From positions 3,904 to 67,903 of the IMG/VR virus record IMGVR_UViG_3300037851_001164: DNA of 64,000 nt; one strand, written 5' to 3'. Position numbers and translations under genes: made by a program. This DNA is from a virus. Of this stretch, positions 35,400 to 42,342 are shown piece after piece. The notes beneath the pieces were generated by a model that did no database searches, was not told where the DNA came from, and saw nothing but the letters and a program-made list of their open reading frames with translations. How positions within the stretch are numbered: the first letter of the stretch is position 1; each line of letters starts with the position of its first letter.

Positions 35400-36226
35400 A
35401 GGCTCGCCAGCGCCCGCACGTCGGCCTCCACCGCGGCGCCGATGGCGCGCCGTGCCCTGGGGTCGAGCCAGCGGGCCACGGTGCGCGCGGGCCAGCGCCC
35501 GGGCACCGCCGGGCGCAGCCAGCCGCTGCTGTCCTCGCTCATGGTGCGGAAAGTCAGGTACTTCGAGTGCGCGGCGCCCCCGCGGGCGTCGGGCTTTCTC
35601 AGGTTGACCATGCCGGCCAGGCGGCGGGCCTGCTCGGCGCCGACCCCGAGACGGGCGAGATCCGCCCGGCGCAGCCGGTCACCCCAACCCCAGACGTAGC
35701 GATTCACCGTGCCCCCGGGCGGGTTGACCGCCGGCTCGCGCCGGCGCCCGACCACGGCGGTGCGCTCGCGGTTCGCCCGCCACCACTCGTGCACCGCCTG
35801 CGGCAGGGTCTGGCGGCCGAAGGTGACCGTGCCCGGGGTGCCCCAGCGAAACGGGATCACCAAATAGCGCCGGCCGTGCTTGCTGATCCGCACCCGGCGC
35901 GAGGTGGCCAAGATCTGCTTCAGATCCCGTGCCGCCGTACCCTCCTCGATGGCGCTGGCGTAGGCCAGGTGCGAGTAGATCTCGGCGCCGAACAGGCCGA
36001 GGGCGCGCACCTGGATCGAGCGCGCGTAATTGCCCGAGCGTGGCGTGATCACCTTGCCGTCGGGCAGCGGCGTGCCCAGGGCGTAGGCCACCCAGCGGGC
36101 CTGGGCCTCGCTGGCCAGGCGCTGGACGGTGTGCACCAGCCGCGGGAAGACGCGCTCGTCGATGGGCGCGCCGAGCGGGATCAGGTGCGCGATGCGGATG
36201 CCGACGCGGTAGCTGGGGCCGGGCAT
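35396..36226 (-). CDS. Neck/tail completion protein
   Basis: SGNYARSI, YASAIEEG, GRRYLVIPFR, YLTFRTMSEDSSGW. Confidence 0.6.
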   Translation of the reverse strand: MPGPSYRVGIRIAHLIPLGAPIDERVFPRLVHTVQRLASEAQARWVAYALGTPLPDGKVITPRSGNYARSIQVRALGLFGAEIYSHLAYASAIEEGTAARDLKQILATSRRVRISKHGRRYLVIPFRWGTPGTVTFGRQTLPQAVHEWWRANRERTAVVGRRREPAVNPPGGTVNRYVWGWGDRLRRADLARLGVGAEQARRLAGMVNLRKPDARGGAAHSKYLTFRTMSEDSSGWLRPAVPGRWPARTVARWLDPRARRAIGAAVEADVRALASL

Positions 36227-36227
36227 G

Positions 36228-36404
36228 TCAGGCGCGCGCACCCTCGGCGGGCAGCTCTCTGCCGGGCTCGCGGAAGTAGCGTCGATCCGCGTGCTCCTGC
36301 TGCTTGCCCGGGTTCCACGCGCTCACCGGGCGGCAGTAGCCCATCACGCGGGTCCAGATCTCACAGGGCGTGCGCTCGGACGGGGACAGGTCGGCTGTGG
36401 TCAT
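36228..36404 (-). CDS. Stand-alone NrdD C-terminal glycyl-radical-like peptide (58 aa)
   Basis: CEIWTRVMGYCRPVSAWNPGKQQEHADRRYF matches class III RNR C-termini (RVxGY). Confidence 0.8.
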   Translation of the reverse strand: MTTADLSPSERTPCEIWTRVMGYCRPVSAWNPGKQQEHADRRYFREPGRELPAEGARA

Positions 36405-36420
36405 GGCAGGATCTCCTGGC

Positions 36421-37050
36421 TCAGCGCCCATACAGGTCCCAGCGGCGCAGCACCACCCGGCGCGGCAGGGCCTCGCCGCCGTGGTGGGCGCGGTCCTGGG
36501 GCAGCTCGCCCCAGACGAAATACTCGGGCCGGCGCCGGCCGGCGACGCTGTACTGCGCGCCCACCGACGGGGCGCGCGCGATCCAGGAGAGCGTGCCGTC
36601 CGCGGCCACCCGGGGGATGCCGCCGGTGACCGTGGCACCCTGGTCGAGCCAGCGCACCGCCTCCACCGCCACCACCGGGAAAGCCAGGCGCTCGTCGGTG
36701 GCGCCGCGCACCAGCACCGTCGCGAACGGCTCACTGGAGTCCATCAGTGCCACCCGGTCGCCCTCGCCCATGGCGTAGACGGGCGAGTCCGAGGGCAGGG
36801 ACACCACCACGTCGCCCGACTGCCACAGACCAAACTGGGCCCACTCACGCTGCACCTTGAGCCCCGAGATCCCGGCGTAGCCATCAAGTGCCACATCCCA
36901 GGTGCGCCCATTGCCAGCGCAGGCCTGGCAGCCCGGGGCAGCCGCCCCCGAGTAGGGGTCGCGGCACGGGCACGGGTAGGAGCGGCGCCAGGCGAGCGCC
37001 TGGCCCATCTGGGCGAGATGAGCGTTCAGCCGCACGGCCGACAGGCGCAC
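36421..37050 (-). CDS. Head-tail joining protein with CPC..C..C motif
   Basis: WRRSYPCPCRD....GCQACAGNG; GTG start overlaps the upstream stop. Confidence 0.65.
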   Translation of the reverse strand: MRLSAVRLNAHLAQMGQALAWRRSYPCPCRDPYSGAAAPGCQACAGNGRTWDVALDGYAGISGLKVQREWAQFGLWQSGDVVVSLPSDSPVYAMGEGDRVALMDSSEPFATVLVRGATDERLAFPVVAVEAVRWLDQGATVTGGIPRVAADGTLSWIARAPSVGAQYSVAGRRRPEYFVWGELPQDRAHHGGEALPRRVVLRRWDLYGR

Positions 37051-37817
37051 TACAGCACCCCCAGGCGGATGCCGTGAATGGCCTGGCGCAGGTGCTCGAT
37101 GCGCTCGGCCAGCTGCTCGCGCAGCCGCCCGGTGTCGGTGGACACCGACTGCGACAGCCCGTCCACCGACACCGAGCCCGAGCCGGGGGGCAGGGCGTCC
37201 TCGATCACGCCGATGGCGGCCGAGCGGTAGATCAGGCTCGTCAGATCCGGCCAGCGATTCGCGACGTCGGCGAGCCCCGCGCGGTAGCGCACTCGGATCA
37301 CCTGGGGCACGATGCGCCCGCCGCCGATCATGCCCAGCACGTAGGTGGACAGCGGGGCCGAGACGTAGGTCGAGCCGGTGGGCACCAGACGGATCACCCC
37401 GTACTTGTGGTCCACCCGGATCCAGTCCGCGGGCACCGTCCACACCGTGGTCTGCGGCGTGGGGTAGGCGAAGACGATCGAGCTCACCGACACGATGGGC
37501 CGCTGGCGGGTGCGGATCATCGCCCAGCCGTCGCCCCGGAAGTATTCGGGGTCGTAGTCGTAGGCGGGCTCCAGCTCGTAGCGGGTGCCCGCCGCCGCGA
37601 GCGCGTCGATCTCGGCCTGGGGCGTGCCCTCGGGCAAGATCTCGACCGGCTCGAGGAACACCCGCAGGTCGCGCTCGAGCCCCGCCTCGGCGGAGCGCAG
37701 CTTGCCCCACAGGTACTCGTCGGCGAGCGTCTCGCCAGGACGGTAGGTGGCCGCGACCTGCGCGAGACGGTCCTCGCGCAGGGTGAGCACCGCCGCCTCC
37801 CGCGCGAGGACGCTCAT
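37050..37817 (-). CDS. Head-tail adaptor/connector
   Basis: IRTRQRPIVSV, IRVRYRAG, GSGSVSVDGLSQSVS. Confidence 0.7.
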   Translation of the reverse strand: MSVLAREAAVLTLREDRLAQVAATYRPGETLADEYLWGKLRSAEAGLERDLRVFLEPVEILPEGTPQAEIDALAAAGTRYELEPAYDYDPEYFRGDGWAMIRTRQRPIVSVSSIVFAYPTPQTTVWTVPADWIRVDHKYGVIRLVPTGSTYVSAPLSTYVLGMIGGGRIVPQVIRVRYRAGLADVANRWPDLTSLIYRSAAIGVIEDALPPGSGSVSVDGLSQSVSTDTGRLREQLAERIEHLRQAIHGIRLGVL

Positions 37818-37821
37818 GGCG

Positions 37822-38022
37822 CTAGCGCTGGTCCAGCGTGGTGATGGCGTGCAGCGCCGAGTAGTTGGTGTCGGTCACCCCGGCATCCGCGTCGAGCTTG
37901 GCGGCCAGGGCGTTGTGCTTGGCAATGATGTCGGCCAGCAGGTCGCCCAGCTTCACGTGGGCCGTGCCCGGGGTGAGCCGGTTGAGATTGTCCTGATGGT
38001 TCCACTTGCCTGCTTCGGGCAT
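37822..38022 (-). CDS. Small virion-region protein
   Basis: Follows the capsid gene; SD present. Confidence 0.55.
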   Translation of the reverse strand: MPEAGKWNHQDNLNRLTPGTAHVKLGDLLADIIAKHNALAAKLDADAGVTDTNYSALHAITTLDQR

Positions 38023-38031
38023 ACGTCACCT

Positions 38032-38238
38032 CTAGCGCTTGCGCGGGCGCGCGGCGCCCGGATCTGGGTCGGCGGGCGCGCCGGACAGAGGGTCCGGCAG
38101 ATAGCCCGGGATGGACAGGAACACGGCGGCCACCTCTTCCGAGATCTCCTCGGAGCGCATCAGACCGTCGTCGGTCGGCGTGAAGCGCACGCCGGAGATC
38201 TCCTCGCTGGCATTGGGCAGGGCACAGAGCACTCGCAT
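38032..38238 (-). CDS. Small virion-region protein
   Basis: GAGGAGGA SD; directly after the capsid gene. Confidence 0.6.
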   Translation of the reverse strand: MRVLCALPNASEEISGVRFTPTDDGLMRSEEISEEVAAVFLSIPGYLPDPLSGAPADPDPGAARPRKR

Positions 38239-38258
38239 CGGTCCTCCTCGCTCGGACG

Positions 38259-38279
38259 GGGGCGGGTCGAGCCCGCCCC
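38259..38279. terminator. GC hairpin downstream of the capsid gene (no U tract)
   Basis: GGGGCGGG-tcgag-CCCGCCCC. Confidence 0.35.
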
Positions 38280-38286
38280 AGTGCCC

Positions 38287-39738
38287 TTACGCGAACGGCT
38301 GCCACACGGAGTTGTTGGGCAGGATGTTCTTGATCACCACGTGCTGCCGGCGCTTGCTGATGCGCAGGTAGCCGAAGAGCAGCAGCGCCCACGGCACCAC
38401 CGCGGCGTTCACCGGGTAGAGCTGGAAGCGCGTCAGCGGCAGGAGCTGGCGCCAGGTGATGGCGGTGTGCCCCGGGGTAAGGTTGAGCACGAAGGCCGGC
38501 GTGGTGCCCGGGATGTCCAGGTTCTCGTCCACGTAGGTGGTGGTCGCACCGGCCACGGCGACCTTCGCCATGTAGCGGAAGTCGTTGGTGGCGTTGGTGC
38601 CGTTCTTGCGGCTGCGGTAGATGACGTAGCCGGTCTCCTGGGCCCCCGCCGAGCGGTTGATGGTCAGCGTCACCTTCTGGCCCGAGGTGACCGCGATCTG
38701 CGCGGTCTTGGTGACCGTGGACTGGCCGGCAGCGTTCACGCCCGCCACCGCGTAGTAGTAGTTGCCGGCACGCGCCGCGGTGAACTTGTTGACCGAGGTG
38801 CCGGTGGCGGCCACGCCGGTCACCGACGCCGGGGCGATGGACGCCTGCGCCGTGGCGATGGCCGAGTAACGCAGCTCGAACGGGGTCTGCTGGTCCTGGT
38901 CGGGCACGAACACGTCGGCCTGGGTGCGGATGTTGCCGTGGCTGGTGCGGATCCCGACCACCGGGGCGCCCACCTCGATGCCGCCGCCAGGCACGTCGGC
39001 CAGGGGCACGCGAAAGGCCGGGTCGAGCCCGGTATCCCAGTCGGCCTGCACCTTGGGCGACATGAAGAGATCCGTGGGCACGCCGAAGTTGCCGTAGCCG
39101 GCGATGATGGCGGCCGCGTCGTTGATGAGATTCACGCTGGCCAGGCTCGCCGCGTCGGCGTTGAGCACGTGGTCGGCGAGGTTGGCGTCGCCGGCGATCT
39201 GCTTGAAGATGCCGTCGTACTCGGTGGGCACCACCGCGCTGTCGCCGAAGAAGGACAGCACCTCGGCATCGCGCAGCAGCCGCAGGGTGCCCATCTGGTT
39301 CTCGATGGCCTCGGCCTCGACGATGCTGCTCTGCAGGGTGGCGACGTAGCTCACCTTGCACTGGGTCATCAGGTACTTCACCAGCCCGACCCGGCGCGCG
39401 TAGGTGCCGTTGGCCTCGCTGATGGTGCCGCTCTCGGTGTTGGTCGATCCGCCCGGGAAGCCGCCCTGGTCGGTGGCCTCGGTCCACTCGTCCACCGTCG
39501 CCGTGGCGTTGGGCTTGGGCAGGGCGTTGAAGAGCTTGAAGTGCTTGTTGTCGGCCAAGGTGGCCTGCAGGGTCGCGTCCAGCGATTGTACGCGGATCGC
39601 GGCGCCCCCGGTCAGCGCCGACATGTCGGTGCCGTAGCCCGCCTCCAGGGCCTTGCGCAGAGCCTCCAGGTCGCCCTGCGGCATCTCGCCGGAGAGCGTG
39701 GGACCGCGCAGGGTCTGATTGATCAGGTTCTCGAGCAT
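38287..39738 (-). CDS. Major capsid protein, SPO1/Twort (Herelleviridae)-like
   Basis: LRKALEAGYG...GGAAIRVQSLD, VKYL, EVLSFFGDS and YDGIFKQI align by eye with phage K/A511 capsid motifs. Confidence 0.88.
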   Translation of the reverse strand: MLENLINQTLRGPTLSGEMPQGDLEALRKALEAGYGTDMSALTGGAAIRVQSLDATLQATLADNKHFKLFNALPKPNATATVDEWTEATDQGGFPGGSTNTESGTISEANGTYARRVGLVKYLMTQCKVSYVATLQSSIVEAEAIENQMGTLRLLRDAEVLSFFGDSAVVPTEYDGIFKQIAGDANLADHVLNADAASLASVNLINDAAAIIAGYGNFGVPTDLFMSPKVQADWDTGLDPAFRVPLADVPGGGIEVGAPVVGIRTSHGNIRTQADVFVPDQDQQTPFELRYSAIATAQASIAPASVTGVAATGTSVNKFTAARAGNYYYAVAGVNAAGQSTVTKTAQIAVTSGQKVTLTINRSAGAQETGYVIYRSRKNGTNATNDFRYMAKVAVAGATTTYVDENLDIPGTTPAFVLNLTPGHTAITWRQLLPLTRFQLYPVNAAVVPWALLLFGYLRISKRRQHVVIKNILPNNSVWQPFA

Positions 39739-39769
39739 GCTTGCTGTCTCCTCGTCGATGCGCGCGGCG

Positions 39770-40420
39770 TCAGGCCGCCTCGATGCGCTGCTTCAGGGTC
39801 GCCGGGATCTCCCGGCCGGAGTTGACGTAGCCCTCCGCCACCGCCACGTCTTCGCCGGTGATGCGCCCGGCCTTCTGGGCGGCCAGCGCCTTGGCCAGGA
39901 TCTCGCGCGGGGTCTTGCCGGGCTCGGCGACCGCACCGGGCCTCTCGTGCACGTCGAGCACGGACTTGCGCCCACGCCCCTGGCGGCCGATGGCCTTGAC
40001 CTGCCCAGCCAGGCTCTTGATGAGCTCGCTCTGCCGGTCGAGCGCCTGGCGCATGGCGCGCATGGCGGCCAGCGTCTGCCCCCGGGTGGCCTCGGCGGCC
40101 GCGACCCGGGTGTGCAGGGCCTTGAGCAGCGCCGTGCCGTCGTAGGCCTCGACCCTGCTGCCGTCGGCCAGCGTCACCTGGAAGGCCTTGCCGAAGGTCT
40201 CGTCGGCGTCGCTGTCGTCGTCGTCCTCGCCGCCCGCGCCGTCGGCCTCGTCGCCGTCCGGCTCGCCCTCCTCGTCGCCCTCGGGCGGGGCCCCGCCCTC
40301 CTCGCTCTCATCCTCCTCGTCGTCGCCGGCCGCGGCGTCCACCGGATAGGCCTTGTTCAGATCCTCGATCAGGGCCGCGAACTCGTCCGGCTGCCCCGTC
40401 TGCTGCGTCTGCTGCGTCAT
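39770..40420 (-). CDS. Scaffolding-like acidic protein
   Basis: Long D/E tract and coiled coil; lies between protease and capsid. Confidence 0.7.
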   Translation of the reverse strand: MTQQTQQTGQPDEFAALIEDLNKAYPVDAAAGDDEEDESEEGGAPPEGDEEGEPDGDEADGAGGEDDDDSDADETFGKAFQVTLADGSRVEAYDGTALLKALHTRVAAAEATRGQTLAAMRAMRQALDRQSELIKSLAGQVKAIGRQGRGRKSVLDVHERPGAVAEPGKTPREILAKALAAQKAGRITGEDVAVAEGYVNSGREIPATLKQRIEAA

Positions 40421-41277
40421 CGCGTGGTCCTCTTGCTGCGTAGATCGGTCAGGAAGCGCTCGACCCACTCGACCGCCTGCTCGCGGGTGAGCCCCAGGGC
40501 GCGCGCGGCGTAGACCGCCAGGCGCGCGGCGGACAGGCGCCCGAGCCGGCCCGCGCGGATGGCGGCGGCGAGGCGCTGGCGGAAGGCCGGGTAGTCGGCG
40601 GGCGCCCCGTCCAGGGACTGCCGGCGCAGGGCCGCGCCCCCGGTGAGCGTGGCGACGTCCGCGCCGTAGCCCGCCTCCAGGGCTTTGGCCAGATCCAGCC
40701 CCGCCGGGCCCCAGCTCTTGGCGAAGGCCGCGAACGGCACCGTGGTGACGGTGGGCACGGCCTGGTTGACCGGGGTCTTGGAAAAGCCGACGTTGGTCCA
40801 GCGCACCCGCCCGATCACCGAGCGCCGCGCCCCGCTGTCCGGGTCCACCTCGGTGCCCTTCTCGATCACCTGGCCGCCCACCGACGGATACCAGCGCGCC
40901 GGCGGCTGCAGCTCGGTCAGCGAGGCCCAGAAAGCGTTGGCGCGCTCGGCGGCCGGCCCGTCGCCCCGATAGATCTGCCCCTTGACCAGAGTGCGCCCGT
41001 CCATCACCGACACCTCGACCGGGCGGCCGATCTCGTATAGGTGGTAGTCGGCCACCCCGGCCTTGAGCCCGATCTGGGTCAGGTGGTCGAGATCCAGGTT
41101 GCCGTAGCGCAGGAAGTAGCTCGCCGACTCCTCCAGGGCCTTGGCCAGCACCACCTCGCCCTGCTGGTCCACCTGCTCGTTGGATGCCTCGAGGTAGACG
41201 AAGCGCTCCCCGCCCTCCTCGGCCAGGGTGGCCTTGAGGCAGTCGGCGATGCACAGATAGGACGTGTCGGCCTGCAT
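40417..41277 (-). CDS. Prohead protease
   Basis: FVYLEASNEQVDQQGEVV, LDLDH, IGRPV, SVGG (putative Ser); first gene of the head operon. Confidence 0.75.
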   Translation of the reverse strand: MQADTSYLCIADCLKATLAEEGGERFVYLEASNEQVDQQGEVVLAKALEESASYFLRYGNLDLDHLTQIGLKAGVADYHLYEIGRPVEVSVMDGRTLVKGQIYRGDGPAAERANAFWASLTELQPPARWYPSVGGQVIEKGTEVDPDSGARRSVIGRVRWTNVGFSKTPVNQAVPTVTTVPFAAFAKSWGPAGLDLAKALEAGYGADVATLTGGAALRRQSLDGAPADYPAFRQRLAAAIRAGRLGRLSAARLAVYAARALGLTREQAVEWVERFLTDLRSKRTTR

Positions 41278-41287
41278 GTCGCCCCGC

Positions 41288-41330
41288 AAACAAAAAGCCG
41301 CCATGCCGGCCTGGCCGGACCATGGCGGCT
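41288..41330 (-). terminator. Intrinsic terminator-like hairpin in the head-operon leader
   Basis: AGCCGCCATG...CATGGCGGCT followed by TTTTGTTT on the minus strand. Confidence 0.65.
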
Positions 41331-41399
41331 CAATCGCACTCGCCTGCTCGGGTCTATCCGGGAGGGAGGAGCACCAGGAGCCCTTTCGCTTCCGGGCTC

Positions 41400-41415
41400 A
41401 GGGTGGTGTCACGAC
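41400..41415 (-). promoter_or_regulatory. Candidate late promoter GTCGTGAC-N2-CACCCT
   Basis: Intergenic, upstream of the head operon. Confidence 0.55.
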
Positions 41416-41473
41416 ATGGGGAGGGGCAAGTTGTCACCGCAATTGCGGTGGTTGAGCACCGCAGTTGCGGTGC

Positions 41474-41695
41474 TCATGTCGGGTGGCGAAAGAACAGCAC
41501 CACCCGCTGGTGGATCTGCTGGTGCAGGGACTGAGAGAGCGGCACGTCCCCCCTGCACCGGGGGCAGACCAGGGCCAGGCCGGTGGCCTTGAGGATGACG
41601 CCGCGCGCGCGCAGCAGCGGCTCACCGCTGGCCGCCACGCTGGCGAGGTTGGCGTGGCAGTGTGGACAGGTGGCGACGGTGAGCGGGCCGCTCAC
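41474..41695 (-). CDS. Zinc-ribbon (Com-like) protein
   Basis: CPHC...LVCPRC. Confidence 0.65.
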   Translation of the reverse strand: MSGPLTVATCPHCHANLASVAASGEPLLRARGVILKATGLALVCPRCRGDVPLSQSLHQQIHQRVVLFFRHPT

Positions 41696-41949
41696 GCGAG
41701 CCGGGCACGGGCCCGGGCGATGACCTGCTCCAGGCGCCCGGCCTCGGCCCCCAGGGCCTCGTAGCGCGCGGCGGCCTCGTCCGAGGCGAGCGCCTTCGGC
41801 CGCAGCCGGTCGGCCTCGCGGCGCACGCTGGCCAGCCGGTCCTCGGCCCCGGCCAGGATGCGGGCCTCGACCGCCCGGGTGTGCTCGAGCTCGTGGTGCA
41901 GGTGCGCCAGCTCCCGGCGCATGCCGGCGGTCAGATCCTCGTCAGCCAT
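41692..41949 (-). CDS. Hypothetical coiled-coil protein
   Basis: Directly behind a late-promoter motif. Confidence 0.6.
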   Translation of the reverse strand: MADEDLTAGMRRELAHLHHELEHTRAVEARILAGAEDRLASVRREADRLRPKALASDEAAARYEALGAEAGRLEQVIARARARLA

Positions 41950-41955
41950 GCGGGG

Positions 41956-41971
41956 AGAGTAACGTCACGAC
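41956..41971 (-). promoter_or_regulatory. Candidate late promoter GTCGTGAC-N2-TACTCT
   Basis: -10-like hexamer ends 6 nt upstream of ATG 41949, the same geometry as at 24790. Confidence 0.6.
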
Positions 41972-42342
41972 GGGCCCCCGCCATCCCGCGCCCTGAGCAT
42001 CAGCTCCAGCCGGGCCAGGGCGTTCCAGGCCGTGTGCGCGGCGTGGGCGAGCCCTGAATCCCGGTCCGGGTCCTCGCCGGCCGCCTCGGCCAGCAGGTGG
42101 CGCCAGAGCGCGTCGGTGTAGCGCTCCCGCCCGTCCGGCACGTGCATCCAGCTACCGGGGCTGTACTTGATTGTGCCGTAGGTGCCCACCTCGCCCACCG
42201 CGGCCAGGGCCCGGGCGAAGCCGCCCAGCACCAGCCCCAGGCGCGGCTTGCCCGCGTCGAGCTTGGCCCCGGGCTCGTGCGGGGTGCGCCCGGTGGGGTC
42301 GGCCTCGCAGATCGCGTCGCCGCGCGCGATGCCGGCCTTCAT
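41965..42342 (-). CDS. dATP/dGTP diphosphohydrolase (DUF5664-like)
   Basis: GAKLDAGKPRLGLV, YG..KYSPGSW, YTDALWRH, DSGLAHAAH.AWNAL. Confidence 0.85.
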   Translation of the reverse strand: MKAGIARGDAICEADPTGRTPHEPGAKLDAGKPRLGLVLGGFARALAAVGEVGTYGTIKYSPGSWMHVPDGRERYTDALWRHLLAEAAGEDPDRDSGLAHAAHTAWNALARLELMLRARDGGGPS

